A stretch of 64,000 nt of DNA from a candidate division WWE3 bacterium RIFCSPHIGHO2_01_FULL_40_23 (GCA_001772615.1 MEUZ01000003.1:109698-173697), one strand, 5' to 3'; shown: positions 1-10,769, numbered from the stretch's first letter. Notes: a model not told the origin generated them from the letters alone. A program made the numbers and translations.

Positions 1-655
1 GCGTTTTATCGGAGAGGTATCCCCTCGCTTTACCAGCTTTAACAACCTTCGGGATAATATCAGCCTCAAGTGAGAATGGCGCTCTTTTGCCTTTAAGAAA
101 CTCAAATATACCTTTATTTATTAAGTACACACCCCCACTTACAAGTCCGGCCACCGGATCTTCTCTATCCCCATAAAGTTTTTCAGCATAAGACTTAATT
201 TTAAAATTCTTGTCTATCTCAATACAGCTGTATCTTCTGACATCTAAAACATTACTTAAAGCTATTGAAAGAATCGGTTTTCTCGCTTTATGAAAAAGAT
301 AAAAAGCATTTAAGTTGATATTAAAAAAAGTATCCCCGTTAACAAGTAAAAAATCCTCGTCATGCGCTATGAATTCCCTCGCCTTAAGGAGTGCTCCTCC
401 TGTACCCATAGGTTTATCTTCTACTACAAACCTGTAAGTGACATCTGCTCTCTTATCTTTTCCAAGATGGGATTTAATCTGATCGGCTTTATGATACATT
501 GACAAAATAATGTCTTTGTGACCGGAAGATACAAGCCAATCAATTACATAATCAAGAAAGCTTTTTCCGGCTATAGGGGCAAGCGGTTTTGGTTTATCGG
601 AAATGACGGAAGACAACCTAGTCCCAAGTCCGCCACACAAAACCACTACCTTCAT
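1..655 (-). CDS. Sugar-phosphate nucleotidyltransferase, HddC-like (heptose-1-P guanylyltransferase); 3' end runs off the window
   Basis: Manual translation from ATG 655: MKVVVLCGGLGTRLSSVISDKPKPLAPIAGK...GTGGAL...LVNGDT; NTP_transferase motifs; gmhA nearby. Confidence 0.8.
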   Translation of the reverse strand, partial: MKVVVLCGGLGTRLSSVISDKPKPLAPIAGKSFLDYVIDWLVSSGHKDIILSMYHKADQIKSHLGKDKRADVTYRFVVEDKPMGTGGALLKAREFIAHDEDFLLVNGDTFFNINLNAFYLFHKARKPILSIALSNVLDVRRYSCIEIDKNFKIKSYAEKLYGDREDPVAGLVSGGVYLINKGIFEFLKGKRAPFSLEADIIPKVVKAGKARGYLSDKT

Positions 656-1524
656 TCCTCTTTAATTCCCCCCTTCTCAAGTTCTGAACTCCTCTCGTCT
701 TTTCCTCCTCTTAAAATGTAAGCTAAACCCCCTAAACTTGCTGAAGCACCTTTAATTACATAAAGCAATATTAGTCCTAACCATAAATCAGGCTTTGACA
801 AGGCTTTTCTCGTAAAATAAGACCTTCTTGGAAGACTATGCATTGCGACATCCTTAGGATAATACTTTAAGCAAATAAAGTAGGACTGGCCATAGTGAAA
901 AAACCTTTTAATGTACTTTACCCACGTATTTTGTTCGTAATGATAAATGCTAAGATCAGCCCTGAACTTAACTTTTGGCTTAAATTTTAAGGTCTCTATA
1001 TATATAGCATTGTGCTCAAACATAAAGAGCTTCACCGGCCAGTCTATTTTTGAAAGTATCTTTTTTCTAAAAAATCTTGGGATAGCAGAGCCCATAAGAG
1101 GGTCATCATCTTCCAGGGAGTGAAAGATCCATTTATCATACTCAATAATCTTTTCAAGATAAGTGTTATTTAAAACTATGGACCTTTCAAAAAGGGTAAC
1201 CTCATCATACCCTCCGGTTTCGCATTCCTTTACACACTCGCTTATTGTATCTTTATCAATTGTCTGATCAGAATCAATAAAAAAAATATATACTCCTCTG
1301 CTCATATCAAAGCCAAGTTTTCTTGCTTTACCTACTGCTAATGCGTAACCGACTTTACAACCATATCTTTTAGCTATTTTTACGGTTTTATCTTTGCTAA
1401 AGCCATCTATAAGGATAATTTCCATGTTTTTATAAGACTGGCTTTTAATTGATTTCAGAGTTTTTTCCAGAGTGGCTTCGGAGTTAAAGGTGGGTATATT
1501 AACAGAAACTAGAGGTTCTTTCAT
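652..1524 (-). CDS. Glycosyltransferase family 2
   Basis: VSVNIPTFN, IDGFSKD, FIDSD (DxD) motifs. Confidence 0.9.
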   Translation of the reverse strand: MKEPLVSVNIPTFNSEATLEKTLKSIKSQSYKNMEIILIDGFSKDKTVKIAKRYGCKVGYALAVGKARKLGFDMSRGVYIFFIDSDQTIDKDTISECVKECETGGYDEVTLFERSIVLNNTYLEKIIEYDKWIFHSLEDDDPLMGSAIPRFFRKKILSKIDWPVKLFMFEHNAIYIETLKFKPKVKFRADLSIYHYEQNTWVKYIKRFFHYGQSYFICLKYYPKDVAMHSLPRRSYFTRKALSKPDLWLGLILLYVIKGASASLGGLAYILRGGKDERSSELEKGGIKEE

Positions 1525-1640
1525 TTTTTAGCTCCTAAGTATTAATACATTCGGGTCGATTCCTACAAAGCTATCACTTTATGCTCCAGCTAAACTTATA
1601 TATAAAAACTCATAAGAAATCAAACCTCCAATCTTAAAGC

Positions 1641-2357
1641 TTATTTTTCGTTTTTTGCCAAGAAAGCAATATATACCGAATGGGAAGGGTCTAACTCTGC
1701 GAACTGATTTCCTATCACATTGGGGAAAGGATAATAACCTGAAACAACAGGTTTAAGATCCTTAAAACCATAAAGTAGAAGAAATTCCTTTAAAGCTCTG
1801 GAAGTAAAAACGCTTCGATGAAGCCAGAATGCATCCTTTTCTTCTCCGGAAACACTACTAAAGGGATTTCCTATACTGTGTTTCTTGATACATATATTCG
1901 TTGTACTAAAAGGTTGAAATCCAAGGAACAAAGAAGCTGTGTTATGCCATGCGGAGAGATTCTCCGTTGAAAGCAGTAGTGTTCCACCTTTCTTTAAAAC
2001 CCTTTTTATATTTATAAGAAAATTATCAACCGAAAAGAGATGCTCTATCACATTGTTACTGAAAACGAAATCAAATGTGTCATCTTTTACTCTCCAAACT
2101 TCCTTACTTACATCTTCCTTAACTATCTTTATTTTCCTCTTCCTTGCGTCTTTAATACCCGCCTCATCAATCTCCATCCCATAAACTTCTTTTGCATTAC
2201 AAGCCTTTGCGATCAAAAGCGTCTTTTCTCCTCCCCCGCATCCAACATCCAGAAACTTATGCACTTTTAATCCCAAGTTTCCAACAAATTTTTCAAGCCT
2301 TCTTACATAATTTCCCTCTGCGCTCTTAACCAGATGATTAATATAGGCGGATACCAT
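1641..2357 (-). CDS. Class I SAM-dependent methyltransferase
   Basis: LDVGCGGG motif I, FDFVFSNNVIEH, LKKGG. Confidence 0.9.
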   Translation of the reverse strand: MVSAYINHLVKSAEGNYVRRLEKFVGNLGLKVHKFLDVGCGGGEKTLLIAKACNAKEVYGMEIDEAGIKDARKRKIKIVKEDVSKEVWRVKDDTFDFVFSNNVIEHLFSVDNFLINIKRVLKKGGTLLLSTENLSAWHNTASLFLGFQPFSTTNICIKKHSIGNPFSSVSGEEKDAFWLHRSVFTSRALKEFLLLYGFKDLKPVVSGYYPFPNVIGNQFAELDPSHSVYIAFLAKNEK

Positions 2358-2389
2358 AATACTTAATACCTCCTAATGTTAAATAGCAT

Positions 2390-2962
2390 CTAAAAACCGG
2401 CCTCAATAATATCACAAAGAGTATGGATAATAAGGATGTGCATTTCCTGAATTCTTGCAGTATCCGAAGAAGGAACAATTAAACTAAGATCGCAAAATCC
2501 TTTAATCTTACCTCCTTTATTTCCGGTAAAAGATATTGTTTTAAGACCCAAGGAAGTTGCTTTCCTTGCCGCTTCTATAACGTTTTTAGAATTTCCACTG
2601 GTTGTAATTCCTATAAAAACATCGCCCTTCTTGCCAAAAGCCTCAACCTGTCTTGAAAATACTCTCTCAAAATCATAGTCATTTGGTATCGCAGTCATGG
2701 TAGAAGGATTTGCGGTTAAAGAAATTGCCGGCAGCGCACGCCTTTCCTTCCTGAACTTGCAAACAAGCTCCGCCGCGAAATGATTTGCATCCGAGGCACT
2801 GCCTCCGTTACCGCATATCAAAACCTTTCTACCATTCCTTAAAGCACTAACAAGAGTTCTAGATACTGCCTTAACATCAGCCGACAGCTTGACATAAGTC
2901 AACTCGTTAAGCTCCCTGGACTTGGAAAAACTGTCATCAATAAAATTTGAAACGTTACCCAT
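2390..2962 (-). CDS. gmhA: Phosphoheptose isomerase (SIS domain)
   Basis: CGNGGSASDANHFAAEL, NDYDF, TTSGNS, TARIQEMH. Confidence 0.95.
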   Translation of the reverse strand: MGNVSNFIDDSFSKSRELNELTYVKLSADVKAVSRTLVSALRNGRKVLICGNGGSASDANHFAAELVCKFRKERRALPAISLTANPSTMTAIPNDYDFERVFSRQVEAFGKKGDVFIGITTSGNSKNVIEAARKATSLGLKTISFTGNKGGKIKGFCDLSLIVPSSDTARIQEMHILIIHTLCDIIEAGF

Positions 2963-3123
2963 TGAAGTATTTTAAAACATATTTTTACGTGTCAGTCCAA
3001 TCGCAGGGCTAAAAGAAAGTTTTTGACAGTTCCTTAGCAAGCTTAATTCCATAGTTTGTATTTCTATAATCTTAATCCTAAATTTTATTTTTCTTGAAAC
3101 AAGAAAATTTAAATAAAAGGCTC

Positions 3124-4806
3124 TTAATTAATGGATTTAAGGGGTGCTTCAATAGATTCTTTTTCTTTAGCTTCGGCTTCGGCACTTTCTTTAATTGACT
3201 TTTCAACAGTCTTGTCCGCCTTGCTTGGGAAGAGAGTTTTAGCAAGGGATTTAAATGCGTTAACCCAGAACTTAGGGGAGAGCACATTTACTTTTGTTTG
3301 GTTAGGATCAAAATCAAGAAGATGCCCTACAAGCTTCCAAGCGGAGTAATAAAGATACTTGATATCATCTAAAGTCCTTATTTCCAAAGCTCTTCTTAAC
3401 ATATACCTTGGGGTAAAAAATGAAGAGTACAGCTCTTGGGTCAGCTCCAGAATTTGCTCATTCGTCAAGGGGCTTTTCATAACGGCTTTTCTCATGTCAT
3501 ATTCTTCATAATCCTCCGTTAGAAGCCACCCCTTCTCCCCGCATTCTTTCCAAAGCGGAGTTCCAGGATAAGGTATAACAATTGTAGCCTGCATGGTATC
3601 AACGTAACCTTTATCAAAGCACCTCTTGGCAAGCGCAATTGTGTTTTTGGCCATTTCATATGTTTCCCATGGGTACCCAAGCATTATGGTTAAGTGGGGA
3701 TCCAGGCCTGCCTTCTTTGCCATCCTAACACCCTCCTCAATCTGATGGACTTTAACACCTTTATCAAGCTTATCTAATGTGTATTGATTTCCTGATTCCA
3801 TCCCATAAAGAATAAACCTGAAGTTTGCCTTCCCCATAAGATCATAATATTCCTGGGTAAGAGCGTTAAGCCTCATATTACAGCCGTACACCACTTTTTT
3901 GCTGTATCCGCTATCTATTAAGAGATTACAGAAAGTTTTAAGCCACGGGCCAACGGCAAGCGTACCGGCGTCATCAAAAATTTCTTTAACTCCATAATTA
4001 TCTACAACATGCTTGACTTCGGCAAAAAGCCTTTCGGGCGTAAACCTTCTGTAAGAGCCGATTTCATTAATAGTATGATCCCAAACACAAAAGGTGCACC
4101 TATTCCACCAGCAGTCTCTTCCGGAATACATATATGTTGCAGGTGTAAATCTATAATTTCCGTTAGCATAAGCGTAATACTCCCAATGAGTTAGGTCGCG
4201 ATCCACAAATGGAAGCTCATCAAGAACATGCTTTAAAACCTGCCTTCCGCTGCATGCTAAATCCAATCCATTATCCGATTTCTCAATCTTGGCCGGTTCC
4301 TGTTTTACTCTTTTATCCCCCGCTCTATACCAAAACCCACCTTCCAGTTTTTCGCCACTCGTTAGGTGGTTGAGAAGATTAACGATAAGAAAATCATAAT
4401 CTCCGCCTGCAATAATGAAATCCACCGGAGAATGGTCAAAGGATTCCTTTGGAAGGAAAGTTACATGATCACCGCACCAGACTAAAATCATTTCGGGAAA
4501 TCTCTCTTTAAGATCCTTCATAACCTTCCAATGCTGTTTTATAACAGGAGCTTTTGTCTCAACAAGAAGAAGGTCGGGTTTTTCATTTGACAGCTCATCC
4601 AACCACTCGTTATACATTTGCTTAGCCGCTATCCCATCCATCCACACAACATCGTAACCGTGCTTCTTCAAGTTAGAGGCTGCGTAAGCCGGTACCATAG
4701 GATAGATATAAGTTTCAGCGTTAAAATATTGAAATTGTCTATTTTGTGATAGAAGAGGAACTCCTTTATCCGTTTCAATAGGCGGGTATCCAACGGCTAT
4801 TTTCAT
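3124..4806 (-). CDS. B12-binding-domain radical SAM protein
   Basis: N-terminal cobalamin-binding-like domain, RDCWWNRCTFC iron-sulfur motif, GMESGNQ, PYPGT. Confidence 0.88.
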   Translation of the reverse strand: MKIAVGYPPIETDKGVPLLSQNRQFQYFNAETYIYPMVPAYAASNLKKHGYDVVWMDGIAAKQMYNEWLDELSNEKPDLLLVETKAPVIKQHWKVMKDLKERFPEMILVWCGDHVTFLPKESFDHSPVDFIIAGGDYDFLIVNLLNHLTSGEKLEGGFWYRAGDKRVKQEPAKIEKSDNGLDLACSGRQVLKHVLDELPFVDRDLTHWEYYAYANGNYRFTPATYMYSGRDCWWNRCTFCVWDHTINEIGSYRRFTPERLFAEVKHVVDNYGVKEIFDDAGTLAVGPWLKTFCNLLIDSGYSKKVVYGCNMRLNALTQEYYDLMGKANFRFILYGMESGNQYTLDKLDKGVKVHQIEEGVRMAKKAGLDPHLTIMLGYPWETYEMAKNTIALAKRCFDKGYVDTMQATIVIPYPGTPLWKECGEKGWLLTEDYEEYDMRKAVMKSPLTNEQILELTQELYSSFFTPRYMLRRALEIRTLDDIKYLYYSAWKLVGHLLDFDPNQTKVNVLSPKFWVNAFKSLAKTLFPSKADKTVEKSIKESAEAEAKEKESIEAPLKSIN

Positions 4807-4815
4807 TATTACAGC

Positions 4816-4844
4816 ATGGTACTATAGATACCTATCTATGTCAA
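4816..4844 (-). promoter_or_regulatory. Sigma70 promoter of the radical SAM gene, with a palindrome in the spacer
   Basis: TTGACA-17 nt-TACCAT, 9 nt before ATG; ATAGATA-CC-TATCTAT inverted repeat at 4824-4839. Confidence 0.65.
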
Positions 4845-4881
4845 AAAAAGTTGTTATACCGGGTCTTACTAATAGTATCTT

Positions 4882-5850
4882 TTAGAGTATCTCACAGAAG
4901 GCCTCTTTTAAAACCTTAAGTTTCTCCTCGTTATTAAAAACTTGGGAAGAGTCCGCTATACTTAACCCCATCAGGTCTTTTTTAGAAAGCAAGGAAAGCA
5001 GACTCTGAAGCTCAAGGATGCCCATACTATCCAATTCTTTTGAGGTTAATATTGAAGGGTAAAGTACACAAGAACTATAGTATTCAAGCATTTCATCCAC
5101 AAAGGAAAGATCTTTCTCATTAAGTTTGAAATAAAGCATCGGACAGATAAAATCAAGCTTAGAAGATAGCTCAAAAGCATTCTGACCAAGAATTCTTGTT
5201 ATTGCGCTCCCGTACTCTTTATCAGTCCAGGGAATTATAAAAGCGCCAAGTTTCACAGAAGATATCCCGGAAATCACTTCACTTGCGCTTTCTACAAAAG
5301 AGGTTATGGTCTTAGTTTTAAACTCAAGCCATTCAAGATAAAATTGACCATCAATGGCTTCTACAAGCTCCTTTCTACTTTCAGGAAGCTTTTCATTATT
5401 AAGGTAACCTTCCCTAAACTTATTAATACAGACCTCACAGTAACATGTATCAAAAATGATAGGTTCAGAAGGGATCCAGTATGTTGGGTAGTGAAGTGAG
5501 GAAAGAATTATTGATCTGATATTCTTATTTAAAGAAAGTTCCTTAATTCTCTCAAGCTTTGATCTTCTTACATCCTCATTATTAGGGCATACTCCATAAT
5601 ACCAGTCTTTACTGCAGTCTCTTCCTTCGGCTTCTAAAGGAGCCGCCGAAGGAAATTCGGATAAAAGCTCACCCCCTGAAAAGACTTCCACTGAAACATC
5701 TATATTAAGTCCATCGTTCACTCTCAAAACAGATGAGATAAAAGTTTCATCAAGATTTTTCTCATCCACAATTACCGAAGATAAACAAAGCTCATCCAAA
5801 AGCCTCAAAAAAGCGGGATCTGAATTTAAAATCTGGGACGATTTTTCCAT
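4882..5850 (-). CDS. Hypothetical protein, divergent glycoside hydrolase-like TIM barrel
   Basis: VCPNN, CYCEVC..KF, WLEFK, GQN, DFICPMLY resemble GHL10/DUF4015-type proteins. Confidence 0.5.
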   Translation of the reverse strand: MEKSSQILNSDPAFLRLLDELCLSSVIVDEKNLDETFISSVLRVNDGLNIDVSVEVFSGGELLSEFPSAAPLEAEGRDCSKDWYYGVCPNNEDVRRSKLERIKELSLNKNIRSIILSSLHYPTYWIPSEPIIFDTCYCEVCINKFREGYLNNEKLPESRKELVEAIDGQFYLEWLEFKTKTITSFVESASEVISGISSVKLGAFIIPWTDKEYGSAITRILGQNAFELSSKLDFICPMLYFKLNEKDLSFVDEMLEYYSSCVLYPSILTSKELDSMGILELQSLLSLLSKKDLMGLSIADSSQVFNNEEKLKVLKEAFCEIL

Positions 5851-6083
5851 TAGCCTTCTTTCTCCTCCGGCCAGATCCTCTTTCCAGTTTCCTCATCATC
5901 AAGAATAATAGCAAGAGTCGGACATGACTTTGCCGCCGCAATGATGGCCTGCACGCTGTCACCAGGAATATCTTTTACGATGGCTATATTCTCATTATCC
6001 AGCTCAAAGGTGTTCGGAGCTTGTACCACACATGTACCTGCTCCTATGCATAAATCTCTAATTACAGTTATTTTAACCTTCAT
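5850..6083 (-). CDS. Ferredoxin (3Fe-4S/4Fe-4S single cluster)
   Basis: CIGAGTC...CPTLAI. Confidence 0.9.
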   Translation of the reverse strand: MKVKITVIRDLCIGAGTCVVQAPNTFELDNENIAIVKDIPGDSVQAIIAAAKSCPTLAIILDDEETGKRIWPEEKEG

Positions 6084-6084
6084 T

Positions 6085-7101
6085 TTACCCCTCTATATAT
6101 TTGCCTTCTTTTTTACTCACAGCTTTTAAGTTTAGCTTTGGTTTTTTAAAAAGTCCATACAAAAAATAGAAGCCATAAACCAGATGAGTCAGAAAAACAC
6201 CCATTATAAAATAAAATGTAAGTAAAATGTTCTTTTCTTTACTAAAAACTTTTACTGCCTCATTTAAGAGAAGGATTACATACAAACCGACCACGGAAAA
6301 GTAAAAATAAAAAAAGAACCTGCTAAAGAAAAAAGTTAATGGTCCAAAAAATAAGCCTAAGATAAAAAGCGAGGGCACAAAATACTGAAGTTTTCTTGAA
6401 TTTTTAGGAAATATTTTGGCAAATTGCCCTCTGTGCATACCATATCTTGAAACCTGCTTTAAATGAGGCAAAAAAACAGTCCTTCTATGATGAAAAACAA
6501 CAACTAACGGGTCATATAAAATCTTCTTTCCAGTCTCTTCCAATAAATCAAGGCAAAGTTTAGTATCCTCTCCAGGCCAAAATTCACTTTTAAAACCACC
6601 CACCTTCTTAAAATCCGAAAAAAGAACAAAAAGATTTACCGAAGGGTAATCATCAACATACATCCTTTTACCCACCACATGTCTATGGTAGGTCCCTCCT
6701 CCTGCAAGAGCTGAAGACAAAATTTCACCTGAAACTTTTTCCAAAAAACCTTCATTCGGAGGAGTAATTGATGGCCCACCCACTCCACATAAATTTTTAT
6801 CCGAAAAGTCGGAAGTTGCCTTCTCAAGCCAATCGCTTCTGGGATATGCATCATCGTCAAGAAAAGCAAGAATTTTACCCGAAGCGTACCTTAACGCGAG
6901 GTTTCTTTTATCTGAAGGCCCGACTTTTCCAGAAGGGATCATTTTAAAGTTTTTTGGTAAACCTCTAAAAATCTCTTCTTCATCAGTTATTATAAGAACT
7001 TCATAATTACTATATTTAAGCTTTTTAAGATGAGGAATAGCGTCCCTAAGATAGTTGGTAATTGTTCTTACCGGTATGATAATTGATACCTTTGGCTTCA
7101 T
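6085..7101 (-). CDS. Glycosyltransferase family 2 with C-terminal TM helices
   Basis: VSIIIP, FLDDD, GED motifs. Confidence 0.9.
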   Translation of the reverse strand: MKPKVSIIIPVRTITNYLRDAIPHLKKLKYSNYEVLIITDEEEIFRGLPKNFKMIPSGKVGPSDKRNLALRYASGKILAFLDDDAYPRSDWLEKATSDFSDKNLCGVGGPSITPPNEGFLEKVSGEILSSALAGGGTYHRHVVGKRMYVDDYPSVNLFVLFSDFKKVGGFKSEFWPGEDTKLCLDLLEETGKKILYDPLVVVFHHRRTVFLPHLKQVSRYGMHRGQFAKIFPKNSRKLQYFVPSLFILGLFFGPLTFFFSRFFFYFYFSVVGLYVILLLNEAVKVFSKEKNILLTFYFIMGVFLTHLVYGFYFLYGLFKKPKLNLKAVSKKEGKYIEG

Positions 7102-7904
7102 TTTCTCATCCCGCTTTTAACCCCACTTAACTTATGTACTTTCATCCAGTTTCTCTTATTTGAATCCTCATAATACTTAAGAAAGTGGAGCCTATAGAAT
7201 ATGGCTAGGGTATCAATAAAAACACCTCTTATATCAGGGTTTAAAAAAAGAAACGCGCTTTTTTTAAAGGAAGTATTCTCAAAATCCCAGTTAATTTCAA
7301 CAGGCGCTTCAAAAATTCTTCTAAACCCCAGATGATTAGCAACAGCGAGAGATTCTATATCAAACGCAAATCGTTTAACTACAAGTCTTGGAAAAACACG
7401 GTCAACAACTTCTCTTCTGTAAACTTTAAGTCCGGTTTGAGTGTCCCCTACTCGCACCCCAAAAAGGGCCTTAACAATTAAATGGTAACCAAAACTGTAA
7501 ATCCTTCTAAAAAGCGGATATTCGTGGATTTTGGAAACAGGGTGCCTTTTGCTTCCGACAATAATATCCGCCCGGTACCACTCCATATGTTCAAGAACCA
7601 TTGAAATCCCATTGGCATTTATGTCCATCCCCGCATCAATAAAAATTACTATATCACCGGAACATAAACTTGCCCCATACCTTATAGCATAACCCTTCCC
7701 TTTATTTATCCTGTAACCTATAACCCTAATATTTCTTTTCTCAACTCTCTTTGCTTCATCAAAAGTTTTGTCTGCAAAGCCGTCAACAACAACAATAATC
7801 TCAAATCTGTACCTTGTCTGGGACATAACTTTATGAATATTTTGTATGTCCTTCTTAATTGTCTTCTCCTGCTTGTAAGACGGAACGATTACCGATACCA
7901 ACAT
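7098..7904 (-). CDS. Glycosyltransferase family 2 (polyprenol-P glycosyltransferase-like)
   Basis: VSVIVPSY, NKGKGYA, DTQTGLK, FAFDIE; likely start is ATG 7904. Confidence 0.88.
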   Translation of the reverse strand: MLVSVIVPSYKQEKTIKKDIQNIHKVMSQTRYRFEIIVVVDGFADKTFDEAKRVEKRNIRVIGYRINKGKGYAIRYGASLCSGDIVIFIDAGMDINANGISMVLEHMEWYRADIIVGSKRHPVSKIHEYPLFRRIYSFGYHLIVKALFGVRVGDTQTGLKVYRREVVDRVFPRLVVKRFAFDIESLAVANHLGFRRIFEAPVEINWDFENTSFKKSAFLFLNPDIRGVFIDTLAIFYRLHFLKYYEDSNKRNWMKVHKLSGVKSGMRK

Positions 7905-9147
7905 ATCCCATATAGTACAACACAATCGCAAGAAGCAGTAAAAGGGAGATAGAGATATTTATGATCACAACTTCAAGCAGTGATTCGTGGTAAAGGCTTA
8001 TTAACACAAACTGCAGAAAAACAGCAGGGAATTGAAATAAAAAGACTTTGCCTTTATTTATGGCGAGAAAAAACATAACCATAAAATTTATCATTACGTA
8101 AAGGCCCATAAATACTGAAAAGGCGGGTATTAGAAATGAAGCCTTAAGAAATCTCTCTCCAAAAAGAAGGCCGACAAAAAAATCAGGAAAGGTAAAAAAC
8201 ATCAATACGGAAACTAAGGCAAGCGTGAGCTGGATTATAAAAAAGGGCTTTAAGCGCTTTGAAACATCTCCACCCTTGGCATATGCTTCCGAAACCTGCG
8301 GAAACATGACAACCGAAACCGAACCTGCACCAAAAAGGATCACCTTCCCAACAGTAACGGAAACCAAGTAAAGCCCCGCCGATACACCATCAAAAAAATG
8401 CTTCACGAGAATTACATCTACATTATTTAAAAGAACCATTCCTATATTAATCAAAAACGACGCAACGCCAAACTGAAGAAGTTTTCCGTATTCACCGTTC
8501 ATACCATTTCTCCACCCCCCAAAAAGACTCTCCCGCAAAAATAAAAGCCCCAAAAGAAATGAAAGTATCGTTGAAAAGCTCATCCCAAGGTACACACCTG
8601 AAACCCCTAACCCCAAAAACGCGAAGAAGGAAGGGATCGCAAATCTTAAAACAGATGCCGCTACCGAAAGAAAAGAAAAAGCTTTAAACCGTGAAAGACC
8701 CTGAAGATAAGAAAACGGTGGAATAATTAGAAAGGACACACCAAGGTAAATGGAAAAAAACAAAACCATATCGGATTTCTCAAGGTTTAAGTAAGATAAA
8801 ACAAAACTTTGTGAAAATACTACAAGAAGTGAGACAAGAATACCTATAGTGGATACAATTCCTATAAGTCTTGGGAGAAGACTTTTTATAGCCTCATACT
8901 CCCCTTTTGCTTTAAGGTCCGAAACCATTTTAATAACGGAAGTAATAAAAGCATTTATAGGAATGGAAAAAACGATTGATAAAGACAACAGGACACCAAA
9001 TTCTCCATATTCACTTATTGTTAAAAACCTTCCTAAAGAAAGCTGGAGCAAATAACTGAAAATACTGGATACAAATAGACTTGCAGTGACAATAAAACTT
9101 TTATAAACATCATCGTTTTTTAGAAGTAACCGCACCCTTTCAATCAT
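7855..9147 (-). CDS. Oligosaccharide flippase (Wzx/MOP family)
   Basis: About 12 TM segments, RFLTISEYGEF, DVILVKHF..AGLY. Confidence 0.85.
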   Translation of the reverse strand: MIERVRLLLKNDDVYKSFIVTASLFVSSIFSYLLQLSLGRFLTISEYGEFGVLLSLSIVFSIPINAFITSVIKMVSDLKAKGEYEAIKSLLPRLIGIVSTIGILVSLLVVFSQSFVLSYLNLEKSDMVLFFSIYLGVSFLIIPPFSYLQGLSRFKAFSFLSVAASVLRFAIPSFFAFLGLGVSGVYLGMSFSTILSFLLGLLFLRESLFGGWRNGMNGEYGKLLQFGVASFLINIGMVLLNNVDVILVKHFFDGVSAGLYLVSVTVGKVILFGAGSVSVVMFPQVSEAYAKGGDVSKRLKPFFIIQLTLALVSVLMFFTFPDFFVGLLFGERFLKASFLIPAFSVFMGLYVMINFMVMFFLAINKGKVFLFQFPAVFLQFVLISLYHESLLEVVIINISISLLLLLAIVLYYMGYVGIGNRSVLQAGEDN

Positions 9148-10769
9148 CTTTCCTTCTTATAAACGTTATAAACTGGGACCGAATCTATATTTATAGTTCC
9201 CTCAAACTTTAAGTTATATTTCATCTTAGTGGAAGATGTATCCTCCCAAACTGGATAAACAAAAAAGTTAGCCCTCTCTGCTTCCGGTCCGAGAGACTCA
9301 AGAACAGCCCATCCTTTTATTTCCCTTATAAAAGGCCAAATTTGAGTATAGTATTTTTCTGGAAATGCGACAGTCAGCTTATCATCAATTCTTCTAGAGT
9401 AAAGAAGCTTACTAAGAGTCTCATTATTCTCAAAAGTCTTATATTCTCCTTGTTCCCTAATGTTATTAAAATATGAGATTATTTCGGGCACGCCAATCAT
9501 CCATTTAGGTTCAAGAACAAAAATACCTCTTTTTAACCCCCCGCCCAGAACACTATAGTAAGAGAAATAATCGGGATGGATTTTCAGATATAAAATGAAC
9601 TGTGGAATAAAAATTAAAAAAAAGATGAGATAAGCTAATTTTTTAAACTTCTCATGAAGATAAGTTAAAAGATAATCATAAAAAAATGAGGAAGCTAAGG
9701 ATAAACCCATAATGGAGGGAAGAATATATCTATCCAGTTTTTTTGAAGGAATGGAGATTTCAATGAAATAAAGAAAAGAAAAGAACAGGCTATAAAGTGC
9801 AAACTTCTTTTTATCCTCGCTTATATTAGCTTTAACAAAAAGCCACCCGATAAAGCCTAGAATTAAATATAAAGAAGTTTTGTACATCAGTACAACGGGA
9901 TAAAACGTAAAGCCGGGATCTGACGTAAGAGAACCAAAATAAATCTGATCATGCCCCCCTTCAACTCCTACGGTAAAGATGCCTGTAAAATAAGTGCTAA
10001 GTGCTTCCCAAGGTTTCACCCACATCCCCGGCCATAACAACACAAACCAAAGCAAAACAATTAAAAACCACCTAAAATAAGAACTCACCATAGATTTAAA
10101 AGTTGTTTTTTTAAAAATAACCTCTACAAAGAGCATAAAAAGAACAAACGGAAGAATCATAAGAGAAGAACTCTTCGTTAAAACGGCGAGCGAGGCAAAA
10201 AAACCTGAAACAAAAAGACTCTTAAAGCCTTTTTGAAAGTTCACGTAATAGTAGAACCAGACAAAAGAAACAACCATAAATGTTGTCATTAAACCTTCAA
10301 GATGCAAAACTTTGGTTAAAGCTATATAAAAAGGCTCTAAAGAAAAAACAGATATTAAAATAAAAGTGGTTTTTACTCCAAACATTTTCCTTAGAGCATA
10401 AAAAAGAAAGGAGATTGAAACTCCCGTAGCAAAGACAACAAAGAATTTTTGAACAAGATCAAGCTCAAAAATAGTTCTTAGTTCATTATTTGGAGGATTG
10501 CTTCCTGTAAAAACCCTGTAGTAAAGGTTATAAACTTTGATGGAAGCGCTTCCAATTATCATTAAGCTAACGCCTGGATGGTATGTTTGAATCGTTTTTT
10601 CAAACTGACCTCCAAATAAACCCCCGCCAAAATCATATATTCTTGCCTTCCATCTCCAAACATCCGTATTAAAATTATCATGGCCTAAGGAGGGAGCCCG
10701 CGACAATATAAATAAAAGGGCAACAAGTATTTCAAATTTTATTTTTCTTATTTTATCCAAAGTTTTCAT
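9144..10769 (-). CDS. GT-C fold membrane glycosyltransferase (ArnT/PMT-like)
   Basis: Polytopic; HPGV, LEPF, LTK, KKLDRYILP. Confidence 0.8.
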   Translation of the reverse strand: MKTLDKIRKIKFEILVALLFILSRAPSLGHDNFNTDVWRWKARIYDFGGGLFGGQFEKTIQTYHPGVSLMIIGSASIKVYNLYYRVFTGSNPPNNELRTIFELDLVQKFFVVFATGVSISFLFYALRKMFGVKTTFILISVFSLEPFYIALTKVLHLEGLMTTFMVVSFVWFYYYVNFQKGFKSLFVSGFFASLAVLTKSSSLMILPFVLFMLFVEVIFKKTTFKSMVSSYFRWFLIVLLWFVLLWPGMWVKPWEALSTYFTGIFTVGVEGGHDQIYFGSLTSDPGFTFYPVVLMYKTSLYLILGFIGWLFVKANISEDKKKFALYSLFFSFLYFIEISIPSKKLDRYILPSIMGLSLASSFFYDYLLTYLHEKFKKLAYLIFFLIFIPQFILYLKIHPDYFSYYSVLGGGLKRGIFVLEPKWMIGVPEIISYFNNIREQGEYKTFENNETLSKLLYSRRIDDKLTVAFPEKYYTQIWPFIREIKGWAVLESLGPEAERANFFVYPVWEDTSSTKMKYNLKFEGTINIDSVPVYNVYKKER

